A stretch of DNA of 64,000 bases, taken from the NCBI GenBank assembly GCA_038087875.1, contig CM075978.1, forward strand, positions 174,964,001-175,028,000, in the 5' to 3' direction. The position numbers and the translations under genes are program-made. Below, piece by piece: positions 51,051-62,660 of the stretch. The notes beneath the pieces were generated by a model, which was not told the origin of the DNA, searched no databases, and saw only the letters and a list, made by a program, of their open reading frames with translations. Source of the stretch: Malacoraja senta (lineage: Eukaryota). Within the stretch, counting starts at the first letter, position 1. The number at the start of each line of letters is the position of its first letter.

Positions 51051-52024
51051 AAAGACTAAGTGCAGACCTGTTGGGTGTGCTCCCCCAACGCAGTAATCCA
51101 CCACTCACCCGTTCCCCCAACGCAACCCGTTCCCCCAACGCAATATTCCATCACTCACACATAGCCCCCAACTGCGCAAGCACGGTTCATTTCCCCTCGT
51201 CCCCAGCACCCCCCCTCCACTTCACACTCCCTCTCCTTCCCCCTCACCTCTTCTTCTCCCCAATCCCTCCCTCACCTATCACTCACCTCTCCCTCATCCT
51301 CCTTTCCCCCACCTACAGTCACTCCCTCCCTCCCCCCATAACTTATCTCCCCTCCCTACCCCTATTCTATCCCTCTAGCCCCCACCTCCCCTACTCCTCA
51401 CCTTCCCTATCCCCCCGCTATCCCTGCTTACATCCCCACTGCCCTCCGCTCTCTCTATTCCCCACGCCCTCCCCTCCCCCACTCCCCTCCTCTCCCTCTA
51501 TTCCCCGTTCTCCCCCACTTTCCCACATCTCCTCCCGCACTTCCACCTCCCTCATTACCCACTCCTCTCCCTCAATCCCCGCACCCTCCCTCCTCACCTC
51601 ACCAGGATCTCGAGGGTGCCGCTCCTTTACTTCCTCGTGTGCCCAGAGGCAGCAGCGCCGCCGCCGCCAGGCTCAGCGCCCTAGCCCCGGATCACCGGCG
51701 TCGTCGTAGGCGTCGTCGTCGTCGTCGTCGTCGTCGCTGCCGCCGCCGCCGCCCCGCCATCTCAATTCTGGAAAGACCCCAACTGCACAGGCGCGGCTGA
51801 GGACCCATTTGGTTCTCTTTGCACGGGAATTGTCCCCAAAATGCGCAGTCGCGGTTTTTACGGTTTTTAAACCTTAATAAGTGTTTAAATATCCCATCGA
51901 TCTGAACAAAACTTATTAAATTTACAGCACAGGACAATGGTGAGTACGGTGGGGAAAAACTGTTTTTGCGCAAATAGAAAAACAATGCAAACCTGCAGAT
52001 AGCAAGATGAGTTTTAGTTACATA
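51051..52024 (-). mobile_element. Degenerate non-autonomous Helitron with pyrimidine/purine tract and CGN microsatellites
   Basis: Left end AAGACTAAGTGCAGACCTGTTGGG is a decayed version of the end at 52025; right end resembles ATGTAACTAAAACTCATCTTG on the minus strand. Confidence 0.55.
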
Positions 52025-52505
52025 CTAGACCAAGTGCAGACCCGTTGGGTCTGGTCCCCGAAAGTGCTTCACACCCCGGGGTGTTGTTCCCGAAGGTGCT
52101 TCAGACCCCGGGGTGAAAATGTGCGAAAAAAAGATGGCGTCGTTTTCGGAGAAATTCGGAGAAAATCGGCGAAAAAAAGATGGCGTCGTTTTCGGAGAAA
52201 ATCGGAGAAAAAAAGATGGCGTCGTTTTCGGAAAAATCGGAAACAATCGGAGAAAATCGTGTGGGGGTGGGGGGTGGATTTTATTTTAAAAAAACGTGTA
52301 CATAAACACGACCGAATTTAATCAGGAGTGGCTATTCGTAAAGATAAATGACATCTCTTTGGAAATGGTAAAAAATATGGGCCTTTCCGCACGCTGTGTG
52401 GGCCAGGGGTGGTATCAAAGGGGATTTGGTGAAAGTCAGGCGGACACAAGTCGGGCAGACACAAGTCAGGCAGCCACAGAGTTTTATATAATAGATAGAT
52501 ATAGA
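52025..52505 (-). mobile_element. Non-autonomous Helitron
   Basis: Minus strand: A|TCTATATCTATC... 5' end, AGACCC-AAC-GGGTCT hairpin (52038-52052), then CTAG|T 3' end; no TSD. Confidence 0.8.
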
Positions 52506-52839
52506 TAAACAAGGCATACGACACTACAAGTATTAGTACTACAATATTTAACTCGTGTACTAAAGATGTCACAAGACCAATGACTTGGACTCATATTACT
52601 CATACTCATATGGCCTGGTTCACTATTAAACCAGTAAGGACCTACAGTGAAAGGGTTAAGGGTTAAAGAAAATAATAAGGACACATTCCCCACATGATGT
52701 GAAACATTCCCCACATCAACCAAATCTCCAATAATTTTCGTCATACATTCCAAACTCTGTTTTATGATGGAAGTTAGATGGTATACAGTAATTCTGACCC
52801 GCATCACCACAGTTGAAACATAGGAACTTACTAAGATAG

Positions 52840-53730
52840 TGGAGGGGTAGGTAGTGTAGAGAAAGCAGGGACTCTGCAGAAATACTTGGGCAGGTTGAGA
52901 GAGTGGGCTGAGAAGTGGCAGATGGAATACAGCATAGCAAAGTGCGGAAACATGTATTTTGGTAGTAGGAATAAAGGCATTGACTATTTTCTAAATGGGG
53001 GGAGAATTCAGAAAGGGACTTGGGAATGCCGGTTCACTATACCCAAAAAGTTCATTTGCAAGTCGAATCGACAGTAAAGAAGGTGAATGCAACATTGGTA
53101 TATATTTCGAGAGGGACAGAATTTAAAAAAACATCGATGTAATGCTGAGGCTTTATAAGGCATTGGTCAGACCACATTTGGAGTATTGTGAGTGGATTTG
53201 GATTCCATATGTGAGGAAAGGTGTGCTGGTGTTGGAGAGGGTCTGGAGGAGGTTTACGAGAATGATCCCAGGAATTATTGTGTTAACATATGATGAGCGT
53301 GTGAAGGCACTGGGTCTGTATTTGCTGGAGTTTGGAAGGATGAGTGGGGGAGAGGGGGAGTGGGGGAGGGGGGACCTCGTTGAAACTTACCGAATAGTGA
53401 AAGGCCTGGATATTTTTAAGGTGGAGAGGATGTTTCCAATAGTGGGAGAGGCGAGGATCGGCGGCTATAGCCTCAGAATTAAAGGACGTACCTTAAGAAA
53501 GGAGACGAGGACGAATGTCTTTAGTCGGAGGATGGCGAATCTGTGGAATTCATTGTCACAAATGTTCGTGGTATTTTTAAGTTGGAGATTGACAGATTTA
53601 AGGATTTCAGGTGTTATGGGGCGAAGGTAGGAGAATGTGGTTAACATGGAAATATAGTTAAGCCATGTTTGAATGACGGAGTAGACTTGATTGAGTGAAT
53701 GGCCCAATTCGGCTCCTGGAACTTATGAAC
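52840..53730 (+). mobile_element. Decayed CR1 3' fragment
   Basis: LYKALVRPHLEYC, YSLRIKGR. Confidence 0.8.
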
Positions 53731-54288
53731 TGATGATTCGATTTGGGTACTGATTGGGGAGATCGCCGCCCACCCCTCCCCCCTCCCTTTGATTGTAGGT
53801 ATATATTTAAACGTTTAAGCTTCTCCATATTGAACATCCCTTCCCGTCGGAATTGTTTGAGGTGTAATTTGGTAGAGTAAATTAATATTTTTTCAGGGAA
53901 CATATCACATGGCGCTGATCGTTATCTTCGTAGTTCATATAAGGATAATTTAGGAGGAATTTGCCATGAATAGACGTAACATTTAGTTTCAACGAATTCA
54001 TGAAATATGACTTCCACACGCGATGAACAATCACGGCATCTATCAATGCAATTGCAAAGGTCGCCATTTAGTTATTTCTGCCTGAAATAGATCAACAGTA
54101 AGAAATAAAAAATACAAATGCTCACAAGCTAAATTATTGATATCAAACAATTATAGTTAAATGACAACAAAATCGTTTCCACGTTGATAATGTATAATTT
54201 GGCACGGATTTTAAGTTGATGTCTTAAATTAAGCACGCCGTTAAATTCTAGTCCTTCACTTGTTCTTCGATTTGGCCCCTTCTGTTTT

Positions 54289-54351
54289 CTAGAATCTACT
54301 CAGCTCCACAGAGGCATAAATCAGCTTCTGACTAGCATTCACTCGCTTAGT
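54289..54351 (-). CDS. Gene B terminal exon: ITIM
   Basis: TKRVNASQKLIYASVELSRF*; acceptor tattcacag|; short (109-nt) last intron as in gene A (95 nt). Confidence 0.75.
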   Translation of the reverse strand, partial: TKRVNASQKLIYASVELSRF

Positions 54352-54460
54352 CTGTGAATACAATGTTTAGGAATAGATCATTATTTAGAGAAGAAAGCCA
54401 ATTTAAAAAAAAGAAAACACTTTTACTGTTCCGAATGACTTGCGACAACCCACAACCTAC

Positions 54461-54571
54461 CTCTGCATATGTGGTTCGTTCCTCCGTGCCTTTCATATTT
54501 GAAACCATCTTAGACCTGGATAAATCTAATGCTGCATATGAGCAGAACTCATCATTTTCTTTTCCCGTCCG
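54461..54571 (-). CDS. Gene B cytoplasmic exon with two Tyr motifs
   Basis: RTGKENDEFCSYAALDLSRSKMVSNMKGTEERTTYAE; acceptor tttgcag|, donor GAG|gtaggt; phase 0-0. Confidence 0.82.
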
Positions 54572-55590
54572 CTGCAAAATAATGTTTTATTCATGTGTAT
54601 TACTCCTTATATGCAATTGAATTCAGATGGTGAATGCAAAAAGGCAATGTAATATTTTCAATTTCTCAAAAGAGTAAAAAAAAATGCCATGGCAGCATGC
54701 CGAAAATCTTTACACGTTGGACTAATTTTATCAATGACTTCCACTTTTTCTTTTAAAACGCTAGAACATTTTGGGTCCTGCTTATTAATCGATTTGAGCT
54801 CATCCTAATTGTTTCTGTGGTGTAGGACTCCGGAATCACGTAGTACCCACACAGAATCAGGCCACCCCCCCCATCGGGCTATGCTGATCTTTACGGCCTT
54901 GTACATTAATACCACTTGCTCTTATTCCCCACCTTATTCCCCATCTATTTACCTTGGTATCCTAAAGGTTTTCATACATAGAAATTGCATTTACGTCCAT
55001 TGTCTGCTCTTGCTGCGCTTTTCAGGTCTCAACTGCTCCTTCTACAAAAACCGTACCACTCAAATCCCCTTTAAAATTTATGTTCCCCATATTAAGCGTT
55101 TGTCCCCTCGCTTTTAATACCCATTGCAGGGAAATGAAAATCTATTCCATGACTGCCTTTGATCATTTTACATACCTCGGTCAAATCACCCATCAGCCTA
55201 ATTTGCCTCAACGAAAGCAACCCCATCTTAAACAATCTCTCCCAACAAGTAAAGTGGGCATGTAATTTGCGTACGGTAAGAGATTATATGAAAAGGCATT
55301 TTGAAAAGTCATTCAGGAAAATTCCGTAGAACGCACAAAAAAACCCGGGCAAATTCTGAATGCGTTTCTAAACGACTGAATTCACTTCATTCTGAAGTTC
55401 CTTTTAATCAAAATGCACCCGCAATTGACAAACATTTGTAGTTCAAAACTAGAATGTCAGAGCTGTTCAAGGTGCGCTAATGCATAAAGAAAGCCAATCG
55501 ATATTCATGGGATATAGTTACAGGTTACTGTACTTGAGTGGAGAGCGTTAATGCCATAGGTTAAAATAACCCGTAAAAATCTTAGCTTAC

Positions 55591-55634
55591 CGTGTCTTCA
55601 GCAATATTAAAGGCGTTCGCCTGCCGTCCATTTC
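55591..55634 (-). CDS. Gene B cytoplasmic spacer exon
   Basis: RNGRQANAFNIAEDT; 44 nt, phase 1-0, acceptor tttctattag|, donor ACG|gtaagc. Confidence 0.78.
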
Positions 55635-58511
55635 CTAATAGAAAGTAAATTGAGGCTTCGGTGTTTAAACTTGCGTTATATATACAATTGCTGCTGATTC
55701 TCACTACTTTGGCAGTACATCGACTGTAAATAACACATTTTTGCTTTATTCAGATGCTGCTCCTCTGTCATCTTAATAGACACTAAATTTATATTGCGCT
55801 AAACCACATAGTAAGCAATATCTGTCAGCCATGATTACGGTCGTGACAGAGCTGAAACAATCTCCACGTTTTTGTGCTGATGACGCACTGCAGCATTTTA
55901 TTTTCCAAATCATGGCGCCTTCTGATGCACAACACTTTAGTTGAGATATACGTTATGCTATATTGAATGCTTTGCTCTCGTCTGCTTCTTGATGTCCCGT
56001 ACCTGGAATATAATCGGCATATGTGGTGAGGGGGGCTCTAAACCAGAGCAATGTGTAGCTCCTAGTACTTTTTGATCAACGTGTTTTTTTCTGCCTTTTT
56101 CAAAAAAAGTCACTGTACTCTGAAATGTTCACAAAGATTAGTGTTTGCCATCTATGCACCAAAGTTAAGGACTGGTACAGATCGGATTGCAGATATTGCA
56201 TCTCATCAAGATGGGTTTTGGGTCCAAAGGTTTTTACTTGTTTGTTATATCTGCTTTGGTGGAAAATGTTGAATGAATCCTATGGTCCAGGTGGAATAGG
56301 ATCTGTGTGAATGATGCTCCTCTAATGTGTGAAATGAATTTGCAGTATCACTTGTGAGTTCATTTAAGAAATTGTATGAATTATATGAGAGGGGAGGGAT
56401 TGCGGTAGAGTGGAAGGAAAAACATGTCCTGGTGGACAGGAGAGGCATTGCTGGGCGGAAAGATTGGACAGTTGAAGAAGTATAAATCATAAAGGAGAAA
56501 TTTAAACTACTGGCAGTTGGCTGAATATGTTTATTTTTATCTTTGAGGTTTACTACCATGGATCAGGCTGGAATCATGACCGTTCCAACTAGATCACATT
56601 TAACATTCACGATCAGGCGAACTATTTGGAATAGGGAACGGAACCGAGGAATGGGTAAAGTGATAGTAGAAATGCAAATATCTGCATTGATAAAGCCAGT
56701 CCAACCATATGACAAACTGTGCTGTATGAGCGGAAATATTTACTTGGGAATTGCCGTATTTAGTTCTCTAGAGATTAAAATGGGGAGATGCAAACGTTTA
56801 TTACGTCCTGTTGTAGAATCGGAGACCCCATTACAGCATTATGGAGAATATCATGTGGTGTTGTTAAGTAAATGTCCACCATATTCGCCTTTGACCACCA
56901 CGGCTGAGAGTTCGACCTTGTACGATCGGGATATTAAGGTGGTGGATTGTGACTGTTCGTGATGGCTATTAAGGACGAAAAAGTAACCCCGATTCTCCAT
57001 TCTTGTCTCATTCAGTTAAGGCTTTTGGACATTTCGGAATGAGGCACTAGTGAGAAATTATTTCAACATATGTTAAGGCAGCATTTATTGGTAAAGCAAT
57101 AGAAATGCGTAAAACCCGAAGATCAACATAGATAAAGCATAGATAATGTGAGCAGGGTATGTAACAGGGCTATTCGTGATTTCATGACCAATTATAGCAG
57201 CTGATGGAAAAGACACCGAGTGGCGGCAAAGTGATTTAAAATGACAAAAACACCATGTGACGCAGGGCAAGAAGCAGCGCAAGTATTTCTTAGGGATGTT
57301 AAAATACTCAAAGCATATGAGGAGACAACAAATAATGATAGACAGAGTGAATAATATTTTTTCAGCAAGAACATAGGGAGCATGTGTGAGGTGATAAATC
57401 TCAACTGACCAGTGTCAAAGCTACAGGAGGCTTTCTATAATTGACAAGCCACCAAGTCGCCAATTGGATATCGACTCAAGCACTAAAGCAGTGGAGTCAA
57501 GATATGCGAAATGATTGCAACCTACGATTACGGACTACAGCTAGGCAAAGGGATCAAATATACCATGTACCTCTGGGAGCATGTATAATATGAGTTATGC
57601 TCCATGCCTCACACCAGTTGAAGAATACAAGATTAGTCCCATACCAGCTTGAATAAAAGTACACAATGCTCCAGACCGGGCTAGATGATTGACGAGCAAA
57701 GAATGGGCATCTGTTTGGATGTATATCATCAAACGGCGAATGACTGGGAATGCCCAGAATATATTAATTAATATGTTAGAGTATTGTTAGAGAAACAAAG
57801 AGTCGTGGAGTTATAGAGCCACAGAAAACTATTTCTTGCGTGACTCTATACGCACGTTGGCGCAACGGTTGAGTTGCTGCCTTACAGCGACAAAGACCCG
57901 GATTCGATCCTAACCCGTCTCACTGTGCGAGTTGAGCCATGAGTGACCTAGAGTGAAAGACTCGTGGTTGCGTATGAGACTCCAAGTTTATGATCAAGAG
58001 TTTAACCGAGTTCCCACGGGTATGACTCAAGTTTGCCGTTAACTGTCATTTCTGCGATGTTACAAGTTCGTCTCCCGAGTTAACAAGTTCCTTTCCCGAG
58101 TTACTCTTGAGCCAACCTTCAATGAAGGTCTGTTTTAATAAGCAACATCTCCATTCTGCGGCTTTGAGTTAAAGATAGAATTCAGCGCGGGCGCATCTAT
58201 TGATGTGACCTACAAAGGGGAAATGCGCACCGTCCAGTGCCAGAGCGGTTATACTGATGATTTGTTTGAAACACACATCACGTAGTTAGAAGATCAGCAG
58301 GCGGAGGTTTGCTATATTTTAATTGAATTTACTGCCAGGTCTACACACTGCGGGGAGACTGGAGAAGAAATCTTTGAATGTGGACGGATGCGCACATCAG
58401 ATTGTTGGGAGACGGAGCTCAGGGTTCGCCTCCTGAGCTGCTTTGGTGCCCAGGCGTGAGTTGAGGTAGAGGGAGGTTGATGGGGGGGGGGGGGGGTCAG
58501 GTTAAACTCAC

Positions 58512-58563
58512 CCATTTGACAGAGGCAGAGGATTACGAGGATCCAGCGAGACTCGGACTGCAT
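58512..58563 (-). other. Orphan signal-peptide-like exon
   Basis: ATG...MQSESRWILVILCLCQM plus G|gtgagt (phase-1 donor); 52 nt. Confidence 0.45.
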
Positions 58564-58667
58564 GGAGTCGTGTCTGACTGCCTGGGCAGCCTGAGGGAGG
58601 CAGATGCACCCTGCCCGGGGAGAGGCCGCGGAGAGACTGCGGGGGGAGTATCTCACTCTGACTGTGA

Positions 58668-58890
58668 NNNNNNNNNNNNNNNNNNNNNNNNNNNNNNNNN
58701 NNNNNNNNNNNNNNNNNNNNNNNNNNNNNNNNNNNNNNNNNNNNNNNNNNNNNNNNNNNNNNNNNNNNNNNNNNNNNNNNNNNNNNNNNNNNNNNNNNNN
58801 NNNNNNNNNNNNNNNNNNNNNNNNNNNNNNNNNNNNNNNNNNNNNNNNNNNNNNNNNNNNNNNNNNNNNNNNNNNNNNNNNNNNNNNNNN
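58668..58890. other. Assembly gap
   Basis: Run of N flanked by (CA)/(GA) low-complexity sequence. Confidence 0.99.
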
Positions 58891-61129
58891 GACTGACTGT
58901 GTGTGGGTGTGGGGGGTGGGACAGAGAGAGAGAGAGACACACACACACACAGGCAGCGTGGAGTACCTTTAACCGTGTGTGTGGGAGAGAGACAGAGGCA
59001 GACACACACACACAACGGGCAGTGTGTACCTCAGTCTGTGTGTGTGTGTGGGGGAGAGAGAGACACAGAGACAGTGTGGACCTCTGACTGTGTATGAAGG
59101 AGATGGGGAGAGAGACAGAGAGAGAGAGGCACAGAGGCAGTGTGGTGTACTTCAGCGTGACTGTGGGGGGGGGGGAGAAAGAGCGCACAGGACGTCGGTC
59201 TATCTGTGTGTGTGGGAGGGAAGAGAGACTAAGCAGAATACATCGGTCTTATTGTGTGTGGGGGAGAAAGAGAGAGGTGGGGGGGGGGGGGGAGAAAGAG
59301 AGAGGTGGGGGGGGGAAGAGAGAAAGGGGGGAGACGTATATACACACAATGCAGAGTTTTACTGTGTATGTGGGAGACACAGATGGACTTACACAGATGG
59401 ACTTACCTCGGTCTTACTGTGTGTGGGAGAGGGGGAGAAAGAGACGTACACTCACAGAGGCAGAGTCTCTCAGCCTGTGTGAGAGGCAGGGAGGGAGAGA
59501 GAGACACCCACACACAAGGTGGATGTGAAATCTCACCTGCCTGTTTCAGTGACCGGCACCCGCCGCTAGTGAATGAAGACACCCCCATCTGTCTCCCCCT
59601 CCTCTCCCTCCACTCTCCACCCTCTCTCCTCCACCCCCCTCCCTCCTCCAACCCCCCACTCCCCCCCAATTTGGAAATGTCATCCCATCACCCATTCCTT
59701 CTCTCCAGAGATGCTGCCTGCCCGCTGAGTTAAAGAGTTCCCACGGAAGACTCACGAGTCACTAATGTAAACGCACGGGCCACTGCGTTCTTACAACGTG
59801 TTTAAATGTTTCAAATTTTAACCTCAAGAGTACATTTTACTCGTGGAAAAGTTTAAACATGTTTGAATTTTTCCAAGAGTTAACAAGTGTCACGGGTACC
59901 TTCCGTTAGCGCCAAGAGTCGCTGAGTTGCGTCCACGAGTTCCGACGTTCCCGCTACGTTAATCGTACGTGATTACCACGAGTTAAATTTGTTTTAAGCT
60001 CGGGGTACCTCGTGGGTCAGCTCGCACAGTGAGACAGGGGTTTAACTATGGGTGCTGCTTGTACGGAGTTTGTAGTTTCTCCCTGTGACCTGCGTGGGTT
60101 TTCTCCTGGAGCTCCGGTTTCCTCCCACATCCCAAAGTCGTACAGGTTTATAGGTTAATTAGCTTGGTAAAATTGTAAATTGTCACTAGTATGTGTAGGA
60201 TAGAGTTAATATGCGGGGATCGCTGTTCGGCGCTAAGTCGGTGGGCTGAACGGCCAGTTTCTGTGCTGTATGTCTAAACTCTAAAATCTAAACACGGAAA
60301 CAGACCTTCGACTCAACTAGCTCCTGACGACCAAAATGCCGCAACCACGCTAGTCGCTCTTGCACGCATTTGGTCGTATCTATGTAAACCTTTCATATAC
60401 ATGTACCTGTCCAAATGTATTTTAAATGTTGCTATATTACGTGCCCCTACCACCTCCCATGGCAGTTCGGTCCGTTTACTCAACACCAAGAAATAATGTT
60501 GAAAGATAGAACAACTGTGCGAAGATAACTGAAAGGTCGTGCTAGGAGAGGCAATGAATAGACGTTTACGGAGTTTTTAGATGGCATGGCATAGCGTGGT
60601 GGTTTAAAGATAAACACAGTGGATTGTAAATCAGGCTGAGTGCAATAATACTGATCCTAACCAAATTAACCCTGACCCTAACCAGGCAAGAGAAGATTGA
60701 AAATTAGTCTGTGAATAAAGGATGAAAGTTGCAAAGAATCGTTGGTCACTTCTAAATTATTTCAAGTACGTAAAGCCCGCATTGAACCATCGTGTTGAGA
60801 GTGTAAAGCATGTGGGTGCTGAGAATAATTGGAACACCTTGCGTTTTCTCAGATTGTTTTACAGCATATGCTGTTAATGCCTTGAATAAACCGACTTGTT
60901 TGAGAAACTCACCACTGCTCTAATCAATATTCTTGGTGTATGTCCCATTCTGCGCCGTAATTAGGAGGGCAATTCAAGGACATGAAAGCTAGATTTAGGG
61001 TATGGGTCAGGCACATAATTCCCCCCATTACGACGTTGCCATAAAGTTGAGTAAAACCCTAACACACTTATGACAATTTTTTAAACATACGAAACAGAAT
61101 AAATACAAGCCGATTGATTAGATGCTCAC

Positions 61130-61237
61130 GTTTACTTCTCTTGATGTGTCGATACACCATCGTAATGATAAGCAGAAGAATAAATATAATTCCACCCGTT
61201 GCGCATCCATAAATAAGAAAATAGTTCGAATTATTGT
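61130..61237 (-). CDS. Gene B transmembrane exon (upstream exons outside the window)
   Basis: DNNSNYFLIYGCATGGIIFILLLIITMVYRHIKRSK; acceptor ttttattttacag|, donor C|gtgagc; 108 nt, phase 1-1; no charged TM residue. Confidence 0.85.
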
Positions 61238-62237
61238 CTGTAAAATAAAAGAATGAAAAACATATAACTGAAATTAACTGCCAGGTCCAGACCAAGACAG
61301 ATTAATTGTACTGATATTTAAGTTAAATATTTTACGAATATTCGCAAATATTTAGTTAAGTTTACTTTCGAGATACAGCTAAATAAAATCGCCAGTACAC
61401 TAATTCTCTCCTGCATACTGGGGATAAATTACAAAAGCCAATTAACCTACCCAATTTGTACGCCTAGGCAATGCAGTAGGAACCGGAGCACCCGGAGAAA
61501 ACCCACACAGTCACAGGGATAAGGTACAAACTCTCCACAGGCAGCACCCGTAGTAAAGATCGAATCCGGGTCTCCAGTGCTGTAAGGCCCTTCCACAAAA
61601 ACATTTTATACTCAAAACGAAATAAGTGTCTGAGAGATGTGGCAAATGTAGGTTGATGCGTTAAATTGAAAGATAAGTTACAAACCTAATTTGTTGGATT
61701 AAAAAAATAAATCTTCGATTTATGTTAGCCGAAGAGAAAATCGGCGATATTCACAGCACTAAGATGAAACGCACCATGGGAAAACAATATAACTAATTAA
61801 GAATAGATATATATTTGAAATTAGCAGCTTTCCTTTAAAATGTTGATAAATGATATTGAATAAATATCACAAATTAGCCTGAACGGTTGAATCCATCGGA
61901 GGCTGTTGGATTTTCAAAGCGAAGATAAGATTGTGCTGAGGCTAGCCCATTTTGTGGATTTATTGCACAAGGTGCGAGGCCGCCCACAATCACCATTACT
62001 GGATAAACCGCCTGAACCGACAAAGTATCGAGGAAGCTGTAAACGTGGTTATAACGTTGGAAGGAACAATGGCTGGTGCGTAAAATTATCACCTACTCAA
62101 ACGGCAATCACAATATGTCCATATTGCATATTGGCATCGAGACGATGGAAATGGGCAGATCTGTAAATGCATGTGGAATCGGTAAGATGTGGAATGTTGA
62201 AACGAAATTACCTTGCAGTAAAAGGAGGGGATCGTAG

Positions 62238-62660
62238 ACAGGAATGGCGACTTCTCCCGCCCGAGTTGCGGGGTTGAGGATGACCTGGAGCGGGGCCTAA
62301 CATCGCCCGGTGTAGCTTTAATAGCCGCGGGACTTGCTAGCGCACGCCGGGGGCTCCAACATCAAGACCCGGAGCGTGGCCTTGCATCGCCCGGCACGGC
62401 TTTAATGGCCGCGGGACTTATTTATCATCGCCCGTCGGGGGCTTTAACTCTGACATCGGGATGAGAATGGGGAGTGCAGGGAAGAGATAAGACTTTGCCT
62501 TCCATCACAGCGAGGAGGAGATTCGCTGTGATGGATGTTTGTGTAAATTGTGTTGTGTCTTGGTTCTTCTACTTGTTTGTATGACTGCAGAAACCAAATT
62601 TCGTTTGAACGTCAATGAGGTTCAAATGACAACAAATAAATTGTATCATTGTATCATTTT
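62238..62660 (+). mobile_element. GC-rich non-autonomous retroposon with Rex1-type tail
   Basis: ACTTTGCCTTCCATCACAG...AATTTCGTT...AATGACAACAAATAAA-(TTGTATCA) tail. Confidence 0.6.

Larger units (their letters stand above)
57914..60042. mobile_element. TIR element (PIF/Harbinger-like) splitting an HE1 SINE and carrying about 1.6 kb of foreign internal sequence
   Basis: TIRs CCCGTCTCACTGTGCGAGTTGA / TCAGCTCGCACAGTGAGACAGGGG; apparent TAA duplication; SINE halves at about 57857-57913 and 60043-60295. An N gap lies inside. Confidence 0.65.

Noticed and set aside
50948-51709. 253-aa Pro/Ser/Leu-rich ORF
   Set aside because: Translation of a polypyrimidine low-complexity tract.
51692-51772. Protamine-like [24 protein letters not shown] on the minus strand
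   Set aside because: It arises from (CGG)n/(CGA)n microsatellites inside a Helitron-like element, with no promoter or poly(A) context.
57240-57500. Weak retroviral gag major-homology-like words (QEAAQVFL...AYEETT) in a gene B intron
   Set aside because: Too short and degenerate to support by eye; an HMM search would be needed.
61874-62092. Possible C1/V exon of gene B (FYP-like and SYL-like words)
   Set aside because: It needs a frameshift, lacks the conserved Trp and second Cys, and the spacing is too short for an Ig fold.
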